A DNA stretch of 64,000 nt from Octopus sinensis (lineage: Eukaryota). Positions 52,126 to 64,000 of this stretch are shown here, one piece after another. The first letter of the stretch is position 1; each line of letters starts with the position of its first letter. The stretch covers positions 18,104,001 to 18,168,000 of the forward strand of contig NC_043020.1 of assembly GCF_006345805.1 (NCBI RefSeq), given 5' to 3'. The notes below the pieces were generated by a model, which was not told the origin of the DNA, did no database searches, and saw only the letters and a program-made list of their open reading frames with translations. The translations under genes were made by a program, and so were the position numbers.

Positions 52126-55100
52126 ATTTGTTCTTTGCAACCTATAAATAAACAAGTTCTATTCCACCGTGACCTTAGCTGTGATGGCTGGCTAAAAGGA
52201 ACCGAAGAAGTATTGTGGAGCTAATATACTTTTAACAGAGCAAATAATAAATACCATAAGAAATGAAACACGCATATGCTTACACACACAACACACATAC
52301 AGAGGCAGGTAATTATCATCATGGTCATTGTCACCAGTTTAACATCCACTTTTCCATGCTTGCATGGGTTGGATGGAATTTTCCCAAGGTGGATTTTTCT
52401 ATGGCCGGATGCCCTTCCTGTCACCAACCCTCACCCGTTTCCAAGCAAGGTAAAATTTTCCCAAGGTCAGGCATCACCTGATATCATTGCAAGGAAATGG
52501 TAATGTAACACGCACACACACACACACACACATGATGGGCTTCTTTCAGTTTCTTTCTACCAAATCCATTCACAAGACTTTGGTCAGCCCAGGACTAAAG
52601 TAGAAGACATTTGCTCAAAGTACTGCACAGTGGGACTGAACCTGAATGTATAGCGAGGAAGAATACTTCTTAACCTCACAGTCATCACATGTGTGATTAA
52701 ATGAGACCTAGCATAGAATGTAAGGAGGAATATAGAGTTGCAACAGAAGTCTAAGCAGTTAGATATAGTAGTCAGAAAGTCTCTCAAATCACGGACTGTT
52801 TTAGAAAGAGAAAACATACACAGAGAAAATAGGCATCAATCTACTAAAAGACCAGGATATTATGCTTGAATCAGCTTTGGTCTCACTCCTGCTCAATTAG
52901 AGCTAGCTTGGAGCAAAACAACAACAAGAGTAGATTTAATGTTTTAGTGTTTCAAATACCTGTATACCCTTTGGTTTGGATATACAGCTGTTTGAAAATA
53001 CCTCAAGGAGTGATGACTGTGCCCTGCATAATTACAGGTTCCCCTTTGGCAGAGCATAGCACCCGGAAGTCATGGGACTGCAGCATGGCAGGATTGTGAA
53101 GAGGTAGCGGAAGAGCTCAATTGAGCCAACAGAGCTTCTTACATTGATGATGAGCAGAGAAACCCAAGAAGATCAACGGTTAAGTTTACCAAGCTCTATC
53201 AAGAGGGCAACTGCAACACATCCATAGGGGCGGCATCCATGGTTGTGTGATCAGTTAATGAAAGATTCACTATGATTCAAGTTCCCAATTCAAATTCATA
53301 ATAATGGAATTGGATGGCAACAGAGTGTCGTGGGAATCTGTGAAAGCAGGGAAAAAAGAAAAAAAACCTTTAGCATTCAGATTGCTCCATCAAATGCAAT
53401 GCTTGTTTATGTATTATCCTTTAGCTTTGAAATTTTGATATGATTACTTTATTTTTAGAATGACATTGTAGGGTAGGTGTGAGAATCTGGATCTGGCCAG
53501 TCTGAATGTAAGACAGGTAGGATATTAGGCTAAGATATAGCCAGTTTAAATACAAATGGGTTAACGTATTTTGCAATAATTGTTCCTAACATAGACATCA
53601 GGTTTGAAATGCATGGGAGGAGTGTCCATTAAATCAATTCTTGTACTTGACTAGTACAGGTATACCTTACACTAAGTTGTTTAGTGGTTCCAGGAGACAC
53701 AACTTAGGCTAGGCCAGGTCTAGCCTAGCCTAAACTGCTAATAGCCATTCCCCAGTGCTGTACTTTATTTATGAATGCATTTTTGATAATAAAAACCTAT
53801 TTTAAGTTTACAAACAAATGTATTTATTATTTTGTAATACACACAAAAAAAAACAATCAAAACAAAACTGAAGTATTTAAAATTTACCAATACATACAAT
53901 TTGATGGTGTTTACATCGCTAATAGCCATTCCTAACAGTAGATATTGGAACTACTAGTGCAATATGAGTTCCGAAAGACAGATAAATAAGACAACACAGA
54001 TGACTTCATGCTATAGTAAACTAAACTACATTACTTTACGCTGTGTATTTTAGCATTTACTGTATTTTAATATGATTTTATATGCCACCGAGGTCGACTT
54101 TGCCTTTCACCCTTTCGGGGTTGATAAATTAAGTACCAGTTGCATACTGGAGTTGATCTAATCGACTGCCCTCCGCCCCAAAAACTACTACTACTTTTTT
54201 AGACCGGCACAAGGTAAGAAATTTGAATGGGAACAATTATTTAATGAACCTCAGTACTTGGCTGGTACTTTATCATATTGAAACACAAAGTTGAACTCAG
54301 CATGGACAAAGCCAGAACAAATAACGCAAGATGCTTTTCCCTAATGCTATAACGACTGTGCCACTTGAGTGCCCTTAAGTACTTGTAAAACCAGAGTTGT
54401 ACTGGGAAGTGATGTCATTGAATGAACACATAGCTGGAATTTGGGGAAGAAAGAATATAACTAGCAACATGCAAATAGTTGAAGTGGGAATGAAGTGCCA
54501 GGGGAACATGTAAGATAATAAGAACTTGCATCCAGGCTCCCCCAAAGCATCTAAAAATGGCATAGCTATGACAGTAGAAGCCTCTTGATTTCAAATCTAC
54601 AGCAAGCTTTGCTGTTTTTCAGTGTTTCTCAAAATTCTGGGGTTTCAAGGAGGAGATAAGAAGATGGCTTTGCAGCTACATGGTTTTGGGTTTAATCCCA
54701 CTGCATGGCACCTTGAACACTACTTTAGCCCTAGACTAGCAAATATCTTGTGTGTGTGAGAGAGATAGGGGGGGAGTGTGGTGTGTGTGTGTGGTGTTTG
54801 TCTCCACCACAGTTTGACAACTGGTGTTGGTTTGTTTACAACCACATAACATTCAGCCAAAAATTGTATGCATCATTTTCAAAATAATTATGTTTTTCTT
54901 TCTTCTTTTTTTTTTTTTTGGATGAATACATTCTCTGTCACAAATAATTTTGCATTTAAGAGTCACAGGGTTGTCTGTAAAATTTACTTTAAGGTTCTAT
55001 GATTTTTGAAAAATTACATGATTGTCCCACTCAGAAAGCTTCGGTTGGCCCATGCCTATAAAAGAGACTTGCTCAAGGTGCCACAGAATGGAACTGAACC

Positions 55101-56815
55101 TAGAATCATGTGATTAGGAAGCAAGCTTCTTACCACACAGCCATGTCTGCACCTACATTTTTTCTTACATTTAAAAAGCATTTTTCCTTTTTTTTTTTTT
55201 TTTTTTTTTTACCTAGAAAGATATGAAATAACAGGGCAGTGCACCAGCAAACAGACATGATTAATGAGAAAAATGATGTACCAACATAAATGAGGTACAA
55301 ACAAAAATACATCAACTGCAGTTTTTCACTTAATAAATGAATAAGTAATGACTCTGAAGATGACCAAGATATGCATAATATATGAAGAGGAAGAGATCAA
55401 CAATACTTGGATATATTTACCTGGCTACAAGTAAATAAGATTCTCTAGAGTATAATAGTTTAGGATTATGGGAAATACATGGAATGAATAGCTGTAAGAA
55501 TAAAAACTAAAGACGGAAAGAACATAGCAAGACAAAAGACAAATATACTAATCAAAATACTAATTGTTGTTACTGTTAACTCCCATATCAATCATAATTA
55601 AGCAGACCTATGATCAAAGGTTGTGACCATATTATTATCCAATGTACCTTTGATAATTTAAGATGGTAAGGGTGTTTGAGGGAGATTTGGTTGGTGTTTC
55701 TAGCAAGTTGAGCAACCACAAAGAGCTTTGCTCACTGAGTTGGTAAAGCAATGATTTCTTAGAAGGAAAGACACTTCTTGTAGTAGAAGGGGAGGGGGGT
55801 CTGTTGATAAACCAACTTTAATACTGGTACTTTATTTATGAAACCCAGAGGGACGATAAACAATGTAAACATCACTGTAAAGCAAGAATAAAGAAACTTA
55901 ATGCTGTATATAATAGCCATTAACCTCAGAGTGCACTGCTACCTTGTACCAGCTTCAACATATATTGATTTCTTTCACTGGCACAAGACCACAAATTGTT
56001 GATTAGGGAATGAGGGCAATGGACATTACCTCTGCAAGCTCTTGCAGACTTACTGATGTCCAGTGCAAACATCTGCAGGAAATCCATGAGTAGCAAAGTG
56101 AAGGTTTGCTTGAAGCCTTTAGCATTCCTATATTACTTTGTCAAATGTAATGCTTTATTCATTCTCATTGCTTTGAAGTAATCATGTATTATTTCATAGC
56201 TTTGGGATTTCAGTGATATCATTGTATAGTTTTTGAATAGCATTGCAGGGTAAGCACTGAGACAGACCTGTTGCCAGAGTTTGGTGCCTGAGGGTGCTTC
56301 AGAATATTCTGGCTGGGCATTAATTTGTAATAATGCTACAGTGGAGTTGTAGAATATCTGGGCTGGATATGGGCGATCTGAATGTTAAAGGGTTAAATGT
56401 TTTCAATAGAGAGAAATCTAGAGGGACCCCAAAAATGTGGTGATGGTAGTAGTGATGGAGGTGTGTTAAACCAGGCAGTATAAATCTACAGGTAAAAAAA
56501 AAAAAAAAACCTAAGAGAAAGAGTACAGTCAATAAAACTAATCCTGGTACAAGACTGGTATTTTACCAAACAGACAAGAATGAAAGGCCAAAGTGAAGAT
56601 TCGAAACCATACTGCAGAAAACTTTCATTTGGTAACGTGAGGAATTTACTATGGCACTGTACATATCACTATATACCATATCACTATCATCACTGCATTC
56701 ATAAAATTATAATAAGGTTCATTATAGAAGATAACCAAATATGAAATCTATTCCTTCTGCTATGAGATAATTTCTATCCTAAGATGGTCATCCAGGCTGT
56801 TTGTCCATCCCTACC

Positions 56816-56853
<38 letters not shown>

Positions 56854-57363
56854 TGCTCTATTGTCAATCATGTGGAGCAGGTGGGTTTTTGGAGGAGAGC
56901 CTTAAATAGAGAACACAGCTCAGTTCTATCCAATAGAGAAGCACACAATTCTCTTCTTTGGCCATTTTGACTCCTCAGAATATGAAATTAGTGAAATTAA
57001 GAAGAAAACAATCTTGTGGAAGAAAAGAAAAGGAAGGAAGGAGGGATGGAGTGCTAGAAGAAGAATTTGACAGCATCATTCCTAGCCCAAGTGCTTTGGT
57101 AATGCCATTAGTGCCAACTCATTATCATTTAATGGATTCAGTCCAAGAAATCTGGTTGAGTGGAGGAGGGGGGACAAGGAGGAGGAGGAGGAGATAAAGA
57201 AGTAGGAGTGAGAATTAAGTTTAATGCAAATTAGATCATCAACATAGAGAGTATGAACCTATTACAGGATATAAAACAAGTACATACACACGCAACAAAA
57301 AAATTATATTAACTGGGGTAGGAAGTTTCATTATTAAATAAACACTATTTCTTATCATCATCA

Positions 57364-57400
<37 letters not shown>

Positions 57401-57929
57401 ATATCATTGTGTAGGATAATTATATTGTACACTCACACAAACCTTTATAGGATGAGTAGTTCCAAAAACAAAATTAAAACATAGCACGTGCATGTGCACA
57501 CACTCACAAACCACACACACACACACACACACACATTCATAAACACTTTAAAATAAAAAGTAAATAGAATTTGATGATTATTTTCCTTTACTTCTTGAAA
57601 TATAGGGGAGAGGTATAGTTGATTCATTTATTGGCACTTGGCTGGTAATCTATTTTATCAACCACAGAAGGTTGAAAAGATATAAGTTGCCCATAGCCGG
57701 GTTTGAACCCAAAATTTCAAGAGTTGGGAAAAAAACTGAAAATGCATTTTGCCCAGCACTCTAACAGCTCTGCTGAAATGCTATCCTAATAATATTTGGG
57801 CAAGTGTCCTCTACTATGGCCTTGGGCTGACCAAAGCCTTGTGAGTGGATTTGGTAGATAGAAACTGAAAGAAGCCTGCTGTGTGTGTATATATGTCTGT
57901 CTGTCTATCTATCTATCTATCTATCTATC

Positions 57930-57969
<40 letters not shown>

Positions 57970-59378
57970 TTTATTATTTTACTTCTTTCAGTCATTTAAC
58001 TGTGGCCATGCTGGAGCATCACCTTAAAGGGTTTTAGTCAAGAAATCGACCCCAGGATTTATTCTTTGTAAGCCTGGTACTTATTCTATTGGTCTCCTTT
58101 GCTGAACTGCTAAGTTACAAGGACATAAACACACCAACATCAGTTGTCAAGTGATGGGGGGGGGGCATAAACAGACACACACACAATGGGCCTCTCAGTT
58201 TCCGTCTACCAAATCCACCCACAAGGCTTTGGTCGTTCCAAGGCTATAGTAGGAGACAGTCACCCAAGGTGCCACACAGTGGGACTGAACCCAGAACCAT
58301 ATGGTTGGGAAGCAAGATTCTTACCAAGCAACCATACCTGTACCTATGTGTGTGTGTGAGTGTGTTTGTCTATGTGTTTGTCCCCCACCACCGCTTGACA
58401 ACTCGTGTAGTGTTTATGTCCTCGTAACTTTGCAGTTTGGCAAAAGAGACTGATAGAATAAGTACCAGGCTTTACAAAAACTTAATAAGTATTGGGGTCT
58501 GATAAGTTTGACTAAAAGTTCTTCAACACAGGGCCCCAGCATGCCACAGTCTAATGACTGAAGCAAGGTAAAAGATAAATGGAATTTAAAGATTATTTCC
58601 ACCCTTTTGTTACCAACCCGGCTGAAACAGGCTTTGGCTCTGTAGTACAAATGTCTTGTTTTCATTAGTTTTGAATTAAAATCTTCCACCAAACCTTAGT
58701 CACAATTTATGTTCCTAACACCAGCTTAATGATAACTATGTTATTTTACTAAATTCTTTGTTATATTTAAAATAATTGAAAGAAACACAGAGCATCTCAA
58801 AATAAATACAGTAACAAAAGGGTTAATGATATATTTGTTAATTAAAACATTTCTATGTAATGTATATGTATGATGGTCATCTGTCTATCTATCTATCTTA
58901 AAGGGTTTTAGTCAAAAAATCGACCCCAGGACTTATTCTTTGTAAGACAGTTTCTTGTTGAACTATCTACAACAGATGATTTACTTATTGTGATCAAATG
59001 TATATGCTATACATTAAATCACTCGCTGCATCAAATTGATGTTGCCCAAACAGGTGCTCAGTGTGCCAGGTGCCAACTGTCAAAGTGATCACAGAGTAAT
59101 GTGAGAGAGGAAGTATTTTGCTCAAGAACACAACACATCAACCAGTTCAGAAATTGAAACCATGACCTTGTGATCTTGAATGCAACACCCAAACCACTAG
59201 GCCACACACCCTTACAATATATATTTATATAGTTAATGTAAACAATGAGAGTCCAATCAAATTATGTTTGACATGTTTGTGTTAACTGGGACTTCAAACT
59301 TCACTTTAATGACTTATTCAGTCAGTTAGGTGAAACTTGAATTCCTAATCCTCCGCATTGCATCACGCAAATAATATC

Positions 59379-59807
59379 TCTTTTACTCTTTTACTTGTTT
59401 CAGTCATTTGACCGCAGCCATGCTGGAGCACCGCCTTTGGTCGAGCAAATTGACCCCAGGGCTTATTTTTTGTAAGCCTAGTACTTATTCTATCGGTCTC
59501 ATTTTGCCAAACCGCTAAGTTACGGGGACGAAAATACACCACCATCGGTTGTCAAGTGATGTTGGGGAGGCAAACACAAAGACACAAACATATACACACA
59601 CATACATATATATGTATATACATATATATGTATATACATATATACGATGGGCTTCTTTCAGTTTCTGTCTACCAAATCCACTCACAAGGCTTTGGTCAGC
59701 CCGAGGCCATAGTAGAAGACATTTGCCCAAGGTGCCATGCAGTGGGAATGAACCCAGAACCATATGGTTGGTAAGCAAGCTACTTACCACACAGCCACTC
59801 CTGCACC
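59379..59807 (-). mobile_element. Full-length family A SINE, young copy
   Basis: Reverse-complement homologue of 34381-34760 that retains many CpGs. Confidence 0.85.
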
Positions 59808-60197
59808 TATTCAGTTAATGTTCCATTGTTATTTTTAAACTATCATCATCATCATCATCGTCGTTTAACGTCCGTTCTCCATGCTAGCACTAGTATTCAA
59901 ATAACATCTTTTTTGAACATCTTACATTATAAAAGGGTCCAAAGCAACATCTGGGGAGATAGTGAAGAAAGGGAGGAGAAAAAGTTGTTGAAAGAGAAAT
60001 ACAGAGAGAGATATTGTAGTGTATGTGTATGTGTGTGTGTGTATGAAAGATAGCTAAATAGGTAGTGTTGTCGCCTTAGCAAGTAACAAGTTTTGATTAA
60101 AAGCACAGGAATTTTAAATGTAAGTCTTTCAACACAGCACAACGCAAGACAGATTTCAAAAAAAAGACTATATGTATAAGTATAATATAGTTCATTA

Positions 60198-60313
60198 TTT
60201 ACATCTGACGACTATATGTCCTCATCTTGTTTGTTGTTAACACAACATTTTGGCTGATATACCCTCCAGCCTTCATCAGGTGTTTTGGGGAAATTTTGAA
60301 CCTGAGTTCTCAT
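60198..60313 (-). mobile_element. Penelope-type pLTR fragment carrying a decayed hammerhead motif (60239-60284)
   Basis: Minus strand reads aacac CTGATGA a ggctg gagggtatat cagcc AAAA TG TT gtgtt. The core, stem I and stem II are intact. The GAAAC expected after stem II reads AAAAT, consistent with two CpG transitions. Confidence 0.65.
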
Positions 60314-60410
60314 GAAAAGCAAATTTGAACTCAGAACATAGCGACAGATGAAATATTGCCAAACATTTAGCCCGGCATGCTAATGAGCCTACCACTTCAC
60401 CACCGTAATA

Positions 60411-60700
60411 ATGATAACGATAGATGAGAAAGTCAACATCAGAGGTATAGAAAAAATAGTAAAGTACCAGGATCTAAACATGGAGTCACAGAGGCTATGG
60501 AAAGTGAGGGTAAAATGTATTGCTATAGTTATAGGTGCATTAGGAACTTTTCCTAAAGAATTAAACAGGTGGATGGAGGAAATAGGCACAAAACCTACTT
60601 TAGTGCAGCTACAGAAAACAGTGTTATAAGGGACAGCATAGACTGATGTTAGGAATTTTTTTCAGCAGTGTAATTTGTTGTGTGTAAATGAAATTATAAT
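60411..60700 (+). mobile_element. 3' fragment of an R4/Dong-clade non-LTR retrotransposon (RLE domain)
   Basis: EKIVKYQDLNMESQRLWKVRVKCIAIVIGALGTFPKELNRWMEEIG...QLQKTVL*GTA matches the R4-clade pattern EK..KY.DL..E..RLW......PVVIGALG...LQK..LLGTA. Flanked by TAA-type repeats. Confidence 0.78.
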
Positions 60701-63700
60701 AATAATAATAATCCTTTCTACGATAAGCAAAAGGTCCAAAATGTTGGGAGAGAGAGCCGTAGTCAATTACATCGATTCTAGTGCTTGACTGGTACTTAAT
60801 TTATTGACTCTGAAAGGATGAAAGGGAATGTCAACCTCAACAGAATTTGAACTCAGAACAAAAAGAATGCAAAGAAATGCTGCAAAGCAATTCTGCCAGC
60901 TCACTGCCTTAATAATGGTTTCAAATTTTGGCACAAGGCCAATTAATTTGGAGGAGGGGGCAGGTTAAGTCAATTATACCACACCCAATGTTCAACTGGT
61001 ACTTATTTTATCAACTCTGAAAGAATGAAAGGCAAAGTTAACCTCGGCAGCACTTGAACTCAGAACTTAAAGACAAGACGAAATGCAACAAAGCATTTTG
61101 TCTAGAATGCTACAATTCTGCTAGCACGCTGCCTTAATAATAATTATGACAACTAGCAGTACCTGTGGAAATTCCAAGGTTGTTTTGAAAACAGTAAGAT
61201 GGTTTATAGAGAACAACGAAATATATTTGTTTTGAAAGTGTATTTTTCTTTTCAGACATATGCTTCTTCAGATGGTGTAAAAGATCACATATGTAGTATA
61301 GAATATACAGTCTTGGAAGAGACAACATCTCTGGCAGTTGCATTCCTTGTTATACACTTATCATATCTTCTACCTTGAGAGTTGTTATCTATTATTTTCT
61401 TATATAACGTCAACAAGTAAACAACTTTAACCATGGAACAAAACTGAAAACATTTCAACTAAACTATTATTCTAGAACTGTACATCTGCGTTAATAAAGT
61501 TTTAACAAGTTTTAATGTACTGTATTACCTCCTTATTTTCTGATCAGAGAAATGGTTGCTTGTTGTATGGTTAGGCTTGGTAGAAGCACGTGGCTTAGTG
61601 GTTAGGGTGTTGGACTCATGATAAGATTGTGGTTTTGATACCTGGATCAGGCGATGCATTGTGTTCTTAGGCAAAACATTTCATTTCACATTGCTCCAGT
61701 CTACTTAGCTGACAAAAATAAGTAATCCTGCGATGGATCGGCATCCCGTCCAGCAGGAGGGGGTATATGTGCCACAGAAACCAGTTCTATGAGTCTGGAT
61801 CTAAAGTAAGACTTGAGCCCACAGTCACAGTGATGCATGCTGAGCCATGGATTCTCAAAAAGACCATCTCAGTAAAATTGAGTTAAATTTGATAATGAGA
61901 GAGAGGGGAGAGAGGGAGGGAGGGAGGGAGGGAGAGAGAGAGAGAGAGAGAGGAGGGAGGGAGGGAGGAGAGAGAGAGAGAGAGAGAGAGATATGGCTCA
62001 GTGTGACTGCAATGCAAAACTGACCTCAGTAGGATTTGAACTCAAAACAGAGCCAGAACATTTAGTCGGAGCATTTTATCCAACACTGTCACAACTACCG
62101 TAATGATGGTTGTACACAAACATACATACATACATACATACACACCATCTTCTAATAAATTTACTGAAGGTTACCCACCTCTCTCTCCAGTCTTATTGTC
62201 CTCTTCAAATGGCATTTGAAAAAGTTGATGAGGGCATGGGTGGAGAAGAAAAGTCTTGTCCTCAGTCCTTTCCATCTTGTCTACCATACTATTTTCATCA
62301 GCAATGATAATATTGGCTCAAAAGCAGCAAATTAGCAGGTTGTGAGTGGGGAAGCACTCATTAAATTGCCCCCAAGAGAGATGAACGGCAAAGTTAACCT
62401 CACTTTATAATTTGAATACAGAATATAATGAGCTGGAATAAATACATTTCTTCCCCCTTTTGCCATACTATCATCAGATGAAATTGGTATTACAAAGGTA
62501 GGTTCCATGAAGACTGGATATTTTGCTCAGAAATCAAGCAAGAAAACCCAAAATTACAAGAGGTAAATAAGTACACATGGTATACAAATAAGAGATGCTA
62601 TGAACCACCTGATATAGGAGTTCTAACTTGGGCCAATCCTAGAACCACCACAGATCCAGGATTTCTCAAACCCCCGAGACTAAGTGCCCTCTACCAATTC
62701 ATTCTCTGACTTACAAGTGCATGCAGAGAATCGATCCATCCACTATCACTTGCATTTTCAACTAATTTAATCACACTCCATTCTCACTTTCACTTCAAAG
62801 TAGGGAAAAATTGATTAGGGTTTAACCGGTAATATATGATTAGGAGGAGGAGTGGCTGCACTGTTGAAAAGCTTGTCCTGTAACCCTTTGATCTCAGGTT
62901 CAGCCATACACTGTGGAACCTTGGGAAAATGTCTTCTACTACAGCCCCAAACCAACCAAAGTCATGTGAGAGGATTTGGGAAATAACCCCCCCCCCCACC
63001 GTTGTGTGTGCGTGCGCGCGCATGCACACCTTGTTTCATATTATGTGGTTGGTGTAAACAAGCATCAATGTCATATAGGCTATGTTGTTTGTTTCCTATC
63101 TTCCATGAAAAAATATGTCCAGCCATGGGGGAAATTATTAGCTTGCTTTGAAACAGGTGAGGGTTGGCAACAGAAAGGGCATCTGAACCATAAAGAATCT
63201 GTTTGACTGATACAAGAATGGAAAAGTGGACATTAAATGACAACAATGATGATGATGATGATTTTGTCTCTTCAAAATGAAAATAAAATCCAACAAGACA
63301 ACATCAGATATATATACAGAGATGATCAAGCAGGTTTAGGTCAAAAGCATTCCAGCCATGGCCATCCACCCACTCTGCTTTTTTTTTTTCAGACATTCTT
63401 CCTTTCTTTGTAAGAAGACCACATGTTATTAGAGGGTGATTTGAGTGCTATTTCTAACAGATCAAGTACGTCCCTCCACCAACACCACCAATAATCTGTT
63501 TGTTGTCAACTACATTGTCTTTGTATACAATACAATGGTACAAAAGAAATGCAGCTGAATAGGGAAATAGCATACTGCGAGATAAATAAGAAATCTGTAT
63601 TTAAAGTTGGTGAACTGGTGCCACCGTCACCATCACTACCACCAGCTAGAAATGTACTGAAAATGACTATTATGAAAAATCTCGAGGAATTTTTCAGTGC

Positions 63701-64000
63701 AAGCTGGCATTACAATGGTGACACACAGATGAGAAATGATATTAGCAGAGAAAAAGAAGGCAAAAGTATGTGAGACAATAGATTTTCCACTACACCATAT
63801 AAAGTAGCAAATGAAATAATAATAATAATAATAATAATATTGAAAGAACTGGGTAACACATGGGAAATGAGTAAGAGCCAACCTTATTATCTTAGGTGTC
63901 ACGGCTGTTTGAAATGCTTGGATAATGGGAGTTGAAAAGTAAAAAAAAATGTTTTTAACTCTAATCAATTTTCAATTTTATCATACTTCTTTCAGTCATA

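Noticed and set aside
51386-52155. Long ORFs (up to 173 aa) rich in C/V/Y/I/H/T; likewise at 35247-37213, 38035-39092 and 49230-49635
   Set aside because: Translations of (CA)n, (TA)n and (GA)n microsatellites.
52584-52817. Minus-strand ORF beginning MFSLS as candidate REV3L exon 1
   Set aside because: No similarity after MFS, runs into a SINE, and has no suitable phase-1 donor. MFS starts at ~50326 and ~61452 fail in the same way.
53700-53740. Short hairpin ttaggctagg...cctagcctaa; also tcaggc...gcctga at ~19706-19725
   Set aside because: Arms of 6-10 bp are too short to be significant, and the first is probably part of a decayed repeat.
61148-61500. actagcagtacctg start suggestive of a Helitron-like 5' end
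   Set aside because: No 3' hairpin/CTAG end was identified and there is no second copy in the window to define it.

Overview
AT-rich eukaryotic genomic DNA. The SINE and MITE families present point to an octopus (coleoid cephalopod) genome; I recognised these from memory and did not database-check them. The window lies almost entirely within the 5' part of one minus-strand gene, REV3L (DNA polymerase zeta catalytic subunit). Five coding exons were reconstructed by hand with canonical GT-AG sites and consistent phases: 44590-44404, 22290-22216, 8692-8611, 1923-1845 and 561-423 (562 nt in total). They encode GQKTCLHVHGVFPYLYVPYD...SGIPMYGYHEKEEQFLKIYFYNP...FQPHEAHIPYLLQMFIDYNLYGMNLLNV...FRW. 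I did not find the ATG-bearing exon 1; it probably lies beyond 64000, and the gene continues past position 1. Introns are 1.3-22 kb and are filled with several tRNA-derived SINE families, TTAA-flanked piggyBac-type MITEs, mariner and hAT derivatives, 3' fragments of CR1-, CRE- and R4/Dong-type LINEs, microsatellites, a 28-bp minisatellite and a ~1.83-kb tandem duplication. The most unusual element is a 297-bp insertion with a 13-bp TSD (25403-25699). It is a ~115-bp near-perfect hairpin whose centre fits a minimal type I hammerhead ribozyme with a swapped G3:C8 core pair. A second, inactivated hammerhead from a different family lies at 60239-60284. There is no CRISPR array, rRNA or genuine tRNA gene, and nearly all entries in the ORF track are microsatellite or repeat translations.
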